Made by a program: the position numbers and the translations under genes. From the human T2T-CHM13v2.0 reference genome, Homo sapiens: a stretch of DNA of 64,000 nt. Shown here piece after piece: positions 29,171 to 46,293 of the stretch. Where the stretch lies: the NCBI RefSeq assembly GCF_009914755.1, contig NC_060940.1; one strand, given 5' to 3'. The notes below the pieces were generated by a model. It worked only from the letters and a program-made list of their open reading frames with translations, did not search any database and was not told the DNA's origin. Each line of letters begins with the position of its first letter. Within the stretch, counting starts at the first letter, position 1.

Positions 29171-31259
29171 CATAGTTTGTTTCTTTTTATTGCTGAGTTG
29201 TACGCCATGGTATGGTGGTACCTTTGTTTAACCATTCACACATTGAAGAATATCCTACAGGTTATTCGAACATTTCTTAGAATTCCACTTTAATTATTCA
29301 TAATGTTCATTTATAATGTTTTTTCATATATCACTTTTTAAGTTTTCATTAGTTGGTTGTTCTAGGAATTACTGTATACATACATAAGTTATCAAAAGTG
29401 CAGTGGTATCATTTTGCCACTTTAAGTGAATTATAGAAACCTTACTTCTTCCATTAGTTTCCCTTACCTTCTTCATTTCTTAAACATAATTTTTAAAAAT
29501 ATTTCCTCTGTCTTCATTGAGCAGCACATCAAATTGTGTGAAAATTTTTGCTTCAACCATAAACTTTGATTAAAGAAGTTCATGGGATGATGGATAGTCT
29601 ATTGTACTGACCTCAGTTTTTACCATTTATGTTCTTTCCTTTCTGAATGTCCCAGCCTTCTTCTGTTATCATTTTCTTTCTGTTTGGAGACCTTCCTTTA
29701 GACATTATTTATGGGTAGGTCTGCTAGCAACAAATTTCTTAGTTTTCCTTTGTCTGAGAATATCTTTATTTCACCTTCATTACTGAAGGGTAGTTACGTT
29801 GGATATAGGATTCCTAGTTAACAATTGTTTTACTTCAGCACTAAGAAATATTGTGCCACTTCCTCTGGCTTCCGTAGTTTCAAATGAGAAATTCCCTGTC
29901 AGTTCAAATTTGTTTCCTCTACAGATAATGCCCCATTTCTTCTTGTCCTAAGTCTCCTTATGCCACTGGGTAGAGGGCCAGAAGCTACCAGGCTCAGGTG
30001 ACATGGGAGGATCAACCTAATTGCTGTTGCCCCTGCTGTGGAGCAGGGGTCGAGTAGACCTGTCATTGCTTTGAACCCTCTGCAGGTGAATTGGACTGCC
30101 CAAGGGTACCTGAGTAGTAGAACACTGTGGAGTCAGGAAAGCCGTCTGGGGCTTCTTTGTTGATGCTGCAAATATGTTGGCCCATCAGCGCTGTGGTTGT
30201 GAAGCAGAGGTTGGGTTGGCTCACCAGGACTTTGAAGTTGCTGCTAAAGACAGATTGATTGGCCAACTGGTACCTCAGTTGAAGAGCTGAGATTAGAGCT
30301 CCCCACTTGGTCTCTGTTGTGCTTTGCATTTCCCTATCCTCTGGTGAGAGAAAACAGATTTTTCTTTTTTTCTATGCCTATTGGTTATTTCAGGCTGCAG
30401 ACTCCTGCACTGCCCAGCCTAGCATATGTGTAGTCTCAAGAGTCTCACTGCATTGCCATTCTTCAAGTGCTGAGGCCTCTGGCCAGTCCAGTCTGCTTTC
30501 TTTCCAGCTTTCAGAATCCTTTAATAGTTATCTGTCTAGGCCATCTTGTTCCTACTTCCAATTTTTATAGTGGATAATGTATGTTCGTAAGTCTTTCTAC
30601 AAGTAAAAAAGATTTATTCTGTTCCTTTACTCATCTTTTTTCTTCAGAGTAATTTTTTAAACAATAATGGCTATCATTTATTGAGCATTTATTTTTTAAT
30701 AGCAGCTTTATTGAAGTATAATTTGCATCCCATACAATTCACTAATTTAAAGCATGCAATGAAATGGTTTTTAGTATATTTACCAGAACCAATTTTAGAA
30801 CATTTGGAACTATTCAGATACTGCGGCCATTTTTTAATTGTTTCTTTTTATTATTGTATTGTAACAGTTCTTTATGTATTCTGAGACCTTTATATGATTG
30901 CAAATATTTTCTCCCATTCTGTGGATTATCATTCCAGTTTCTTCTTGGTGTCATTTGAAGCACGGAAGTTTCTAATTTTGAAGAAGCCTCATTTATCTAT
31001 TTTTTTCCTTTAGTTGCTTGTGCTTATGGTGTCATGTCTAAGAAAGTATTGCCTAATCCAAGGTCATGAAGATTTGTGTCTGTGTTTTCTTCTAAGAATT
31101 TTATAGTTTTAGCTCGTATACTTAGACCTGTGATCCATTCTGAGTTAATTTTATATACGGTGTGAGGCATAGAGCCAGCTTCATTCTTTGTATGTGGTTA
31201 TCCAGTTGTCACCATTTGTTGATTCTCCACAGTAAATTTTTTCTTTTTTTAAATAAAGT

Positions 31260-31502
31260 AAAATATATATGATATATAATATATCAATTAATATATATTT
31301 TATATATTTATATGTAAATATAAATATATATTTATAATATATAAATATAAATATAAAACATATGTTAATATATATTTTACATATAAATATCATATATTAA
31401 TATATAATATTTTACATATAAATATCATATATTAATATATGATATTTTACATATAAATATCATATATTAATATATAATATTTTACATATAAATATTATAT
31501 AT
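31260..31502. repeat. AT-rich low-complexity tract with 35-bp minisatellite (~3.7 copies, 31372-31500)
   Basis: TTTTAC recurs ending at 31380, 31415, 31450, 31485; AT tract resumes at 31966-32110. Confidence 0.92.
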
Positions 31503-31965
31503 TGCCCAGACCAGCTCGGCTGTGTAGAACCTAACCCAGCGGTGCTAGAGGAATTAAAGACACACGCACAGAAATATAGAGTGTGGAGTGGGAAATCAGG
31601 GATCTCACTGCCTTCAGAGCTGAGAGCCTTGAACAGAGATTTACCCACATATTTATTGACAGCAAGCCAGTCATAAGATTTAAAGGGATGGGCTGAAATA
31701 AAGGGATGGGTCTGGCTAGTTATCTGCAGCATGAACATGTCCTTAAGGCACAGATCACTTGTGCTATTGTTTGTGGTTTAAGAACACCTTAAGTAGTTTT
31801 CTGCCCTGGGTGGGCCAGGTGTTCCTTGCCCTCATTCTGGTAAACCAACAACCTTCCAGTGTGGGCGTCAAGGCCATCATGAGCATGTCACAGTCCTGCA
31901 GAGATTTTGTTTATGTCCAGTTTTGGGGCCAGTTTATGGCCAGATTTGGGGGCCTATTCCCAAGA
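31503..31965 (-). mobile_element. MER9 solo LTR (HERV-K9/HML-3)
   Basis: Reverse complement begins TCTTGGGAATAGGCCCCCAAATCTGGCC, ends GAGCTGGTCTGGGCA; 6-bp TSD ATATAT; appears internally deleted. Confidence 0.88.
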
Positions 31966-34900
31966 ATATATAATGTATAAATATACATTATATATAAGTA
32001 TATACTAAGTAATATAAATATATTTATATAATATAATGTATATAAAATATATAATATTTATATATAATATAAATTTTTTTATATATTTACATATAAAACG
32101 ATATATATCATTTCAGTCATTCATAAGTGTACAAGTCAGTGGCAATAAGTACATTTACAATGTATCATTGTAGCTATTGCCTCTATGTATATGAAAACCT
32201 TTTTTATCATCCTCAACAAAACTTCTGTACCCATTAAGCAGTGACCCTCTTTCTTTCCTCCCTCCAGCCCCTGGTAATCTCTATTCTACTTTTTGTGTGT
32301 ATGAATTTGCCTATTCTAGTTACCTCATATAAGTGGAATCATGCCATATTTGTCTTTCTGCGTGTGGCTTATTTCATTAAGCATAATTTCCATACTAATG
32401 TTTGTGTGTTTCATTAATATGGTGTTTTTCTTTCCTCCCACTGGTTATTTTGTCACATACCTGGTATTTCTCATCATTCAATCATATATTAGTGTGATAA
32501 GTGGGCTGATTATTCTCAGTGTATTAAGTAGTAGTCTGCTACTCCCACCATCCCATCCAGAGGTGACGGAAATGTGATGGGAGTTTTGTCTCCTGGCTAA
32601 CCTTATTGATGAGTCAGGGATCTGGTTGGGAACAAAGAAGACTCTTATCACCCTTGCCAAATGCCAGAACATGAAAGGCTTTAAGAATCTGTTGTTTGCA
32701 GTGGAAGCCTTAACTCATCCCAGCCAGCTTGTTCTATATATTTGGAGAAAAGCCCTGCTTTATTGCTGACCGTGATTCCCTGTGTGGTACATGGGGCTGG
32801 CCACTGTGGCCTTTAATCAGTCCTTCTATTCACTTCCGCTTCTCCCACCTTTACTCCATTGTGCTTGCAAATCCAGTGCCCCTCTGGGGCCCTTCTAGTT
32901 GGTGAGTCAGCTCCCATACCTGCTGCAGCACTTTGGTGATACTCTAAGTGGTATCGTTTGTTTTATGCAAGTTTTCTCTGCTCTGCTTTATTCGTTAATG
33001 CATTTTTATTTGCCATCTTTTACACTAGAAATGTATTTAAATACCTTGTTGTCTCATGACCTTCTTTCTTTTTTTCATTGCTCTGGCTTAGTCTTTTTTG
33101 TTTATTTTAAATCTGTAACTGGTCTTTTCTCTGGGGTCTGAAGAGAGATGAGAACTGAGAGCATATGTGCACTCTGCTCTCTGGAACTAGGAGCCCAGGC
33201 CTCACCTGCTGTGCTTGAGTCTTTCCTCGTTATTTCTGTTGAGTGTCTTTTTCTCCTTCTATACTCAATGTTTCTTCAGATCTTAGGGAATAAACTGAAC
33301 ACTGTGATATATATGAATAGAGTAGATATTTACTAAATAATTATGATGTCCCCAAATAGATACAAACCAAGTAAATTAAACACCAGACTTATTTATGTTG
33401 TCTGAGAAAGTCATATTTGAAAGAAAATTTACCCCAAACTGTTCGTTGGACCATCCTTTATTCTTATAAACAGGTCTTTATTCTTATAAACTTTATTCTT
33501 AGAAAAACAGTGTCTGCTTTTCTACCCCCACTTTTCTATGTCACATTTGATTTGGGGAAAATAAATTATACAAAATACCATATTATCCCATCCTATAAAT
33601 TACTCCCGGAAAACAAGTCATGTGTTTAGAAGCTGTGCCATTAAGACTGATTTCTTTTGCATACTTTGTGTTACAACACTTGTCACTATTGCAGTTGTTG
33701 GTTTACATGCCTGACTTCCTCAAAGAGGTCCTGAGAGTAGAGAATGTGTCTTACTCTTGCCTTCTCTTAGCCTAGTTTGGTATTTGACAGGACCAGAGAA
33801 TAGAAGTGATAGATACAATGATAACTACTATTGATTGTGTTTCTTTTGTTTATAGGCACTGTACATGCCACTTCTACCCACATTATATCTGATTTTAACA
33901 TTTTTTTCTGAGACAAATATTATATCCATTTTACAGGTAGACAACGTGAGTCTCAGAGAGGTTTAGTAATCTCTCCAAGGTCCCACAGTTGTCAAGTGAC
34001 AGAACCAATATGAAGGCGTTAACTGAAGAATGAAAGGAAGGAGGGAATGTCAAGCATTTGGAAGCAGTGATTTTTGTAATGGTGTGAAGGAGTTAACAGG
34101 AGAAATAGCTTGTTCTTGAACAGCCTGGCTGAATATCACATCATAGGAACACAGTTGCACCGGTGCCTTAGGATGCTGAGAGTTCTGTGAAAGTGATCTG
34201 AAAAATTAAACACAAAGATGCCCCATCAGTACAAAATGTATGCTGGGATTCATTATATCATCATGTTAATTATTTCCTTCTTTCTTCTTCCCTGTTATGC
34301 TAGGATGAAACCAAGTCCACAAATCTATAACAGTAATTTTAGTAGGGATTTTCTTCTTCCTTATCCAAAGGAAAACGCTTTCAGGAGGTGTTTACTCCCT
34401 CTCCCCATTCACCCTAACTTGTTCCTGTTAAAGGGCCCATCATCTTCTGTTGCCTAGGTAATTCTAGTGCCCACTGATTATCTACGAATGATACCTTCGT
34501 TGTTCATACTGCAGCGCCTCTGCCATGCTAATGTGAGATAATGGTTTCTTGAAGAGTGTTTGTTTCCAGCCTTTGCAGCTCATTCAAACTTGGGAGAGCT
34601 CTGGTTGCAGCAGAAACTGCAAGCAGCTGGCCATATGCATTTTATTGATTTATTGTATTTTGCGTTACAGTTGTCCACTAGGTATAAGGTGACCCTTAGA
34701 GAACATCTATTTATAGTAACTAGGGGTTGGGTTTCTGGAGTTCTATAGCAAATGGACTTATTTTTACATGTGTATTATACTAATTAGAATACAGAAGATT
34801 CCTGGTTAAATAGGAAAATACACCTAATACCTTTTTAAATGTTTTTGGAATATTGTCTGAAACTATTATATTTAACAGGCAATAGCCAGCCAGGAATTGC

Positions 34901-35400
34901 TTTTTTCTCCCTTCATTTTGTTTTTAAACCAATTTAAGAAAAATTGATGTTTTTTCTCAAAATAGATGTTGTTGGATGCAGCAGAATTTTTACATAAATA
35001 AGCCATTCTAGTGTCAAAGGAAGAATTATAGAAAAAAATATTCTGATATGAAAATGCTATTTCAATATTCAAGAGTACAAATAGGAAAGGTTTCATATTG
35101 TTGGATGTTCTGCCTAGCAAAATGGTTAAGAACACAGGAGGCACACTGCATGCTTCTGAATCCAACCTTGGGCTTAGCAGTTGTTGTTACTTGTATTTTG
35201 ATAGTTCCAATGCAGACATGACAATTAATTGAGGTGCCCAGTAGTTAATATAAATAAAAGATGCAAGATTGTATTCTATTGAACATGGTTCATGGTGGAA
35301 ATTAACCTATGGGAGCAGACAATTCTTGGAAGGCCAGGCTCCAGGCTTCATTCTTTCCCACAGTATAGGTAATGCAGATGCTGGAGTAAAGAGATGTTCT

Positions 35401-35803
<403 letters not shown>

Positions 35804-38365
35804 CTACCTCATTGGCTGGGAGGAGCAGCAAAGCACTGGCAGAAATTCAGGTACTAGTTCTTTAGACCTTGTGTGATTCACTGCAGTATAATCTGGGGAA
35901 GGACTCCTAGCATCTCTGGAGTGTAGTTCTCTAATCTGTAAAATTATTTGGCTGGGTTTAATTCGTAAATCCCCTTCCAGCGCTTCTGTTGCTGGCTTCC
36001 ATAATCTAGGTTATTGGTAACCTTTAAGTGACTTTAGTGGAGTAGTGTGCCCAGTCGCCAGACTGTAGGGAGTTAAAAAGGAATTATATGGTGGAAGACC
36101 ATCTGCTCAGGAAGTTGAGTTTACTGCAATCCAAGAAAGGTTATAAACCCCTCCTAATTTGGTAGATACATTATATAGCACTCCTACAATATGGACTTGT
36201 AGCGATTTCCCTTTTTAAAGTTTTGTTCTAAATCTATTCAGTTTTTAAAGATTTATTAGTCTTTAAAAAGATTTAAGGATATTTAAGGTGATTTAAGGAA
36301 ATCATGCATGTGGCTCAGTTTTATCTGGCTCAGTGTGTTCTAATGCTCTCAAATAGTTTAACCAGTTTGAGACATAATTTCTACTTAAAAGATTAAAAAA
36401 TAACAACAACAACTTCACTAGCTTGGCAAAGAAATAAAGCGTTTGTGTGGGACCAAAAACCCAAGCATGGGAGTGAATTTGAGTACTGAATAGAAGTTCT
36501 TATGATTATCTTAGTAAAACAGAATAAAATAGTCAAGGCATCAAAGATGCTTCTGAGAGAGCCTAGCCTGAATATGCCACAGCCGCACAGAGTTTCTCCT
36601 CAGGTAATTCTGTCTGCTGTCTTGAAGGGTAATGAAGAGTCTCTTATCAATTGGTATTTATACCTGAGCCAATTAAAATTCAATGCCTTGATAAAAAAAA
36701 TCCAGAACTGAGAAAAGTTGAATTGGAAGTCAAAAAAATGAGCTTAAACACATTTAATAACATCATTCTAATTAACCCATTTAACCTATTAAAATTAAAA
36801 GTTTCAATAATAGGCATGATGTATAATGAAATATTTCATCTACAGGATGGAAACTTCTTATACTCATGGCTAAAATGTAAAAGAAGGAAAAATAGAAGTA
36901 AGAAAGCAAGATTTATGGTCCAGAATAAAGATATACAAGGATTATTATGATCTAGTATTGTTTTAATGAATCTATATTTCTGACATTTTTCTCTAAGGAA
37001 AGAAATCTCAGTTATTCATAAATATGAATAAATTTGTGAACTTAACCTGAAATTTACCTACTTCACGTTTTTTCCTGTTTTGAATCTATTCACATTTTTA
37101 AAGGTCTAGTGATCTTTGAAGAAAACCTATCAATTAACGCCTTCTAGCTCCACCTTGTTTAATAATCTATATCCTGACAAGTTGCCCCCTTCTAAAACAA
37201 AGGATTGGGCTTTGGGAGTGTCTACTTTCTTGAGGAATGATTTTTCTCTCATGAGGTCCTTGGAGAGTTCCATGTATTTTTGCTGTCATGCAGGTGAATA
37301 AAATACAAGTATTTTTGGTCAGCTACTTGAGGCAATATTTTACTTTAATGGCAGAATTATTATGATAGAGCAGATCATGTGTATTGACACACCCTTGAGA
37401 GAATTCAGTTTCGCATTCAGTGACACCCAAGCTTTGAATCTGTGAAGTAGACTAGCCCATTTAATATGCCAATTAAAATGGATTGATCTACTTTGACAGT
37501 CTTTGGAGAAAAGGCCAATATGAAAGGAATGCTTTTTAGTCATAAGAGCTTATTTTCTGTGCTGCAAGTTTCCAAATTGAGGATGAAAGTCAGTACTTGT
37601 TTGCTAAATCATGTACATATTTATATAGATCTCAGCTAAAAACATATAGTACACTTGGTCTCTCATTTTTCAAATTAATGAGGAAGTGGGAGTTTCATGC
37701 TTTCTCCTCTAAATATACAAATGCATAGAATTTTGCATGAATTACTTTCTTAAAGATCAATGAACACTGCATATATGTGTAATAAATTTTTGTTTTTAAG
37801 GAAGTAATATAGTATAGTGGCTTTGCATCTCATACAGGCCTAGCTATAAAACCTGTCTCTTCCACTTATTAAATGTGTGACCTTGGACAATTGAATTAAT
37901 CTCTCTAAGCCCCACTTTTGTCATATTTTAAATGGGAATAATGATCCCTAACTCAGGGTTGTGTTTATGATTAAATGATAGTTTATGTAAACCTCTTAAC
38001 CAAATGTCTGACACATTATGCAAGCTAAATAAATATTATTGCTGTTTTTTATTTCAATAATTTATTATATAAGTAATATTTCTTTCTCATTAAAGAGATG
38101 AGAAAAAATCCTAAAAAGTCTAGAGGAAAACATTATATTTTCAACATTTCGGATATATTTTTTAGTCTGTATTCAACTTAGAAAGAAATTGAATGTTTAG
38201 CATTTAACCTGTTAGATTTCTTTTATCCCTTTGTGTGATTAAGACTATCACTGTATAGACAGAAGCCATTGTTTTAATGGCTTTTGAACTTGGTTTTTTT
38301 TTTTTTGGTTCCATTTTTTAATGGAGCTAATTTTTTAATTAGCTCCATATATTGACAGTTTTGAT

Positions 38366-38664
38366 TTTTTTTTTTTTTTTTTTTTCTTGAGACGGAGTCT
38401 TGCTCTTGTTGCCCAGGCTGGAGTGCAATGGCTCACTGGAATCTCTGCCTCCCGGGTTCATGTGATTCTCCTGCCTCAGCTTCCTGAGTAGCTGGGATTA
38501 CAGGGACCTGCCATCATGCCTGGTTAATTTGTTTTTGTATTTTTAATAGAGATGGAGTTTCACCAGGTTGACCAGGTTGGTCTCGAACTCCTGATCTCAA
38601 GTGATCCACCCGCCTCAGCCTTCCAAAGTACTGGGATTACAGGCGTGAGCCACCTCGCCCAGCC
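38366..38664 (-). mobile_element. Alu (S-type)
   Basis: TSD TGACAGTTTTGATTT 38353-38367 / 38665-38679. Confidence 0.95.
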
Positions 38665-39499
38665 TGACAGTTTTGATTTGTTATAGATAAACCTTAATTG
38701 CTTATTTCTTCTTCTCAGATTACATTATTCTGTTGTGTCCTATACTTCTTAAGAATGGTATTGAATTAGAAATATCAGAATATAATGCCTAAGAAACCTG
38801 CCTTTTGAAAATGTTTTGTAGAAGCTCAATGAAGGCTACATATTCATATAATTCCTATAATTTTTGTATATTTTCATGAATAATTTTCATAAACTTTACG
38901 AATCTCCATGAGTTTTGAGCAAATATTTATATTTTAATGTTCTCCTCATTTATTTCTGTGAGCATCTTTATTGTTTCCCCAACCTTATTTAAAAACATCT
39001 TTTATGGGATCCTGTGGTTTATAGAACCAACTGGTTTATGAAGATGAATTGAAAGGGACACTGTAACATGGTCAGGTATCTGGACACTAATTATGGCTCC
39101 TAATCATATCATTAATCAGAAGAAACTATAAATTCAGCCCAAGAAGATGAATTTAATATGGCAAAGAAGAATGAATAACCCTATGTAGCAGAACATGAGC
39201 CCTTCCTTGTACTTAAGTCAAAATTGTGCAAAGTGGGAGATGGAGCTTTAATTTCTCAGAAGGGTTTATAAAAGTAAAATTAAAACTAGACTAATGGGTT
39301 CTAGTACATGCCAAGATCATTGCTTCTAATTACAATTGGAACTCTTCCTCTGAATCCCAGAAGACTAAGAAAAACCTCTATCCCCAGGCATTAACTCACC
39401 CAGCTTTTTTCCCTCTACCTTTGGCTGTTCCAATTGATATTCAGTCTTTCCTCTATATTTTGTACCTTTCTCTCTACTTACTTCTTTCCCTGACTGTAT

Positions 39500-40630
39500 T
39501 TAAGTGCTCCGCAGCTATTCACCTCTCTCAAGGGCCTGTCTTACTTCCCTTCTTTCCTTCCCTTTCAGACAGCTTAGAAAAATGCTTGCACCATCTTCAT
39601 GTCCTCAGTTCTCAGTCACTCCTTGTAATGCACAGTCTGGCTTCTTACACTGTCACTCTACAAAAACCACATGCAACAAGTTATTAATCTCCTCCTAATT
39701 TGATAACTCCAATGATCTCTTTTCAGATGCCAGTCTATTTGACTTCAAAGACATTCAACACAATTGAACACTCCTTCCTCCTTTAAACCCTGTAAAAGCA
39801 TAGAATTAATCTTTGATTCCTGTCTGCCTGCCTCACCTCTTCTCTTCTAAATCCAGTCCTATCAGAATTCTGTTTTCTAAATAGTCCCCAAATATTTTCA
39901 CTAGTTCCCTCTTCCCGCCTCTTCACTTCACTATAGTCCAGGTCACCATTATCTCTCAACTGCAGGCTCCAACTAATCTCCATATGTCTACTCTGCCCCG
40001 TGCAAGTCATCTCTATATGGCAGCAAGAGAGCCACCATCATGTGAGTTAATATGTATGTAAAGTGTTTAGGCAGGGCCTGGCCCATATAAGTACCATATA
40101 TGTGTTTATTACTATTGTTGTAGAAATGTAGATTATATTGAGTCTTTTCCTTGTTTGAAACCCTTTTAAGTAGCTTTTCATTCCACTTAGATGAAAGCCA
40201 AATGCCTTGTTGCCTGTAGGGCCCTGTGGGGCCTTAGCTGTCTCCACCCTTATCTCTTGTCACTCTTTTGCTTGCCTGTTATGCTCCAGACACACTGGTC
40301 TCCTCTTAGTTTCTCCAGCACTTCAGGGTCTCTCCTCCTCAGGGCCTTTGCACACTCTTCCTTCTGCCTGAAGTGCCTGTTACCAGACCTTAGCACACTC
40401 CTTTTAGTCTCTAAGTCTCAGATTTAATGACACCCTCTAAGAGTTACTTTCTGACCATCAATCTAAAGTAGCCTCTGTCTTCAGTTACTCTAATATATTA
40501 CCCTTTACTTTTATTATGTTTATTTATATAAATTTAATCATCTTTCTCACTGAAATGTAAGTTTAATTAGAGGACTTTATTGTCTTAATGACACATAGTA
40601 AAATCACTATTAATTGAATCAATTCATTAA
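39500..40630 (+). mobile_element. L2 relic
   Basis: CCTCAGGGCCTTTGCAC, GAAATGTAAGTT motifs; approximate. Confidence 0.6.
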
Positions 40631-43057
40631 TGGCAAGTTTTTATCTTCGAGAACAGCTCAGATACCTTTTCTATAAAGTCCTTGTCAATTCCCTGAGGCT
40701 AAGTTGGATGCTCCCTGTCTTGCCCTCAAAGTACCCATTAAGAGCATCGTATTTAATATCCTACTGAAGTCCTTACGTAGTTGTCTTCTCTCTTATATGG
40801 TGAGTTCATAAAGAATAGAGAAAATGTTTCATTCATCTTTCTGCCATCCTAGTGCTTACTAAGTCTGGATGCATGAAAAACTCAGCAAACTCTCAAGGGT
40901 TCCTCACTAGCAGAAACCTTTCTAGTGTATAAAACTGTTAAATTCTCTCATTGATATAGAAAACCCTTAGGTTTACTTGCAAAGAGTGATGGTGGAGTAT
41001 CTCCTCTGCAGTTGGGTCCCCTGTGTGAATCCGCACTAGAAACAGTTTGGCCTCAACTCAGTGAAGATGGCTCTGTGGTGCTAAAGGCTTGTTGGATTCT
41101 AGAGCCTGCTGGGTGCCTCTGTAGTTGTTGGGTTTGACCCAGTGATGATAAATCTTGCCTCAAGTTGGCCCTTGCATTATCTTTCCAGCCCAGTCTTTTT
41201 GTCATTTAGATGAGCATCAAGTGCCAAAGAAGAAAGTAGAGCAGGTTTTCATGCCCTTCCCCTCCAAGGCCTCTCTTCTTAGGTGGCTTTCACACTGTAA
41301 TAACTGCACATATGGCCTTTGCATTCATTTCCACTCCTAAGTGGAATGCTGCACTTGGCAATTCTCTAGTGAACTGAAAAGTTTATGGTACAGCCAGTAA
41401 GATGCAGCAGTCTGACTTAGCGAAGAGAACTCTAGAACAAGTCAGTCCAGAAACAGAGATTCTGCTTCTGGGACTGCCACTAACTTGTAAAGGGACCTGG
41501 GCTATTTCCCCTCTCTGGGCCTCAGTCTTCTCATCCATCAAGTGGATTATGATTTTATCAAGGAAAGCCAATTTTCAGACAAAATCTTAAGTAGAATTTC
41601 AGCATATAAAATAGTTGTGCTGCTCTGGCTGAAATGGAGTCCTGCCACTAGTCTCTCTCGTAGACCCCTCCTACAGCCAAATGATAGAAATGGCCCCCTC
41701 CCATCTCTGACATTTTCAACTCAAATCCCAGGGAACAGATCCCGTTGGTACAAGCATCCGAAGGAGAAAAATTAAAAACACATCGGTTTACTGGACTTGC
41801 TTCTTTTTCTCCCATGATTCTAAAACCTGGTTTCTTATGGTTTACCACTAGGGACCTTTCTTTGCTTGTAACCCACCACCTGAGGTGTTTCTAAATGACC
41901 AAAAAACCTGAGAGTTAAATGACTGGATTCTTGGAATCTGTTCTCCCCTTTCTGCCTCTTCCTGCTCTGTTTCACCCTCATCTTACTTATCTTTCCTGAT
42001 GTTGATCTTTCCTGTTGTGTTTCTATGGCGTTCTCGTCATTTGTTCTTCCCCTTTGTCATGATTAAAGCTATGAGAACACCGTAGGTCAGAGTTTCTCCA
42101 CCTGGGTTCATGTGGCCATTTTGGCATTGTTTCTATGCAGTATGCAAGACTGTTAGCACTGTCATTTCCTTAAGATAAAAATATAGAAACACCAGTTACA
42201 GCAAGTACTTAGAAAGGGGTGAAACAGTTTTACAAATTACAAATCAATTCATTGTGACAAAGCGTTCGGTATTCTCTTCCACTATAATCGCAGTCATTGA
42301 AAGAACTGCTGTCAAAAAGCATTGCCTGATTTATTCATTTGGGCATTTGAAACAATGTGTTTGAGGTCTGGGAATACTTTTAAAAATTCATTTGTTTTCC
42401 TCTTAAATAGAAAGCTTATATAATCACTAATCCAATATATAAATACACAGAGCCTAAAGGACCATTTTCTCCCAGGCCAAGTTGACTCTTGAGCCAAGTT
42501 TAGCTTTTTAACCATGCTTGATATTGTTATTCCTCTGATATTTCTACTTAACTTTCCTCTGCTTTCCTATTAATTTTCACATGTTGCTGCTTTGGCTTGG
42601 TTGGAAATGTCAGAACAAGATGCCAGTGTGTCTCAGTCAGGACATGGCTGTGTTCAAACTACTGTAGCCTGTTACTTGGCTTCTATGGGAAAAATACTGG
42701 GGGTGCAGTGTTTCCAGTTGGAATTGAGATGTATAAAGCATCTGCCTGATTTCTTCAGCTAATGAGGTTTTGCTGAAAAATGAGTGTAATGAAAAAATGC
42801 TGGATGTTGGCAGGACCTACTGATGAAGTCTAATGAGCATAAATGAGTGTTCTGTAAGGCCCCCAAAGCAGAGGCATAGAATGTTTCAAATACACTGCCC
42901 TTGAGCAAGACCAGCCTGGAGGATGCATTTATTTGTTGGCTCCTTTTTCTTTCCTTCTCTCCCTCCTCCCTTGCCTTTCTTTCAATAAAAGACCTATGTA
43001 AGCCAGACACAGTAGATTATTTTATGCAATATAGGGCATATTAAAAATAAAACTACT

Positions 43058-43353
43058 GGCCGGGCGCGGTGGCTCATGCCTGTAATCCCAGCACTTTGGG
43101 AGGCCGAGGCGGGTGGATCATGAGGTCAGGAGATCGAGACCATCCTGGCTAACACGGCAAAACCCCGTCTCTACTAAAAATACAAAAAATTAGCCAGGCG
43201 TGGTGGCAGGCACCTGCAGTCCCAGCTACTTGGGAGGCTGAGGCAGGAGAGTGGCGTGAACCCGGCAGGCAGAGCTTGCAATGAGCCTAGATCGCTCCAC
43301 TGCGCTCCAGCCTGGGCGACAGGGCAAAACTCTGTCTCAAAAAAATAAATAAA
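43058..43353 (+). mobile_element. AluY-like
   Basis: GAGATCGAGACCATCC and GGCGTGAACCCGG diagnostics, CpG-rich; TSD TAAAAATAAAACTACT 43042-43057 / 43354-43369. Confidence 0.95.
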
Positions 43354-43402
43354 TAAAAATAAAACTACTTAGACTAGGGCTCAATACAATTGCAAAAATT
43401 AG

Positions 43403-45365
<1,963 letters not shown>

Positions 45366-45443
45366 TCAGGTGTCTGAAGAAGAGACTGTTGGTGAGATTT
45401 GGCAGACTCTACTCCCCATGAATGTAGCATGTTCCTGCACCCA

Positions 45444-45990
45444 TGTGATTGTTAATTTTACATGTCAACTTGTCTGGACCACAGGCTGCCCAGCTATTTG
45501 GTCAAACACTATTCTGAGTGTTTCTGTGACAGTGTTTCTGGATGAAATTAAAATTTAAATCAGTAGACTGAGTAAAGCTTATTTTCCTCCTTAATGGGAA
45601 TGGGCCTCATCCAATCAGCTAAAAGTCTGAAAAGAACAAGGCTGACCCCCGCTGAGGAAGAGGAGGATTCTGCCTGTGAGACTGCCTTCCAGCTGGGACA
45701 TGGGCTTTTTTCCTGTCTTTGGAGTTGAACTGAAACATCAGCTACTCCTGGGTCTGAGCCTGCCAGTCTTCAGACTGGAATGACACTGTCTGCCTTCCTG
45801 GGTTTAGGCCTTCGGACTCAGACTGAAACTAAACTGTCAGCTCTCCTGGGTCTCCAGCTTGCCAGCTCACCTGCATATCCTGAGACTTGCCTGCCTCCGT
45901 AATTGTGTGAGCCAATCCATATGATAAATCTCTTTCTTCTTCTTCCTTCCTCTCTCTCTTTCCTGTTTCTCTAGAGATCTCTGCCTGCTA
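45444..45990 (+). mobile_element. MLT2-family ERVL LTR
   Basis: TGTGATTGTTAATTTTACATGTCAACTTG...GTGAGCCAAT..ATAAATCTC matches recalled MLT2 pattern. Confidence 0.8.
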
Positions 45991-46293
45991 TAGCAAGCAG
46001 CACATAATCTGTGAAATACGTACTGTGACATGTGCCATATTGATTTCAGACCTGGACATACGTGCAGTCAGGTTAAACTCTATCACTGACTAGATGTGTA
46101 ACCTTTGACAAATTATTAAACCGCTCGTCACCTCAGTTTCCTCATCTTTAAAATGGGAGTTCTTGTGAGAATACTCAAAAAAGCTCTTGAATAACACGTG
46201 GCACATAGCAAGCTGTCAAGATGTATTAATTCCTTAACATTCCAAACCAGACTACAAAACAAATGTAAGCAAGAACATAATGAGATAACTCTT

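Larger units (their letters stand above)
28430..32390 (-). mobile_element. Patchwork of old antisense L1M fragments hosting MST, MER9 and the AT tract
   Basis: Several L1M 3'UTR/ORF2-like segments (28440-29240, 30690-31240, 32110-32390); approximate. Confidence 0.65.

Noticed and set aside
31372-31500. 35-bp repeats as a CRISPR-like array
   Set aside because: Head-to-tail AT-rich units with no spacers; eukaryotic minisatellite.
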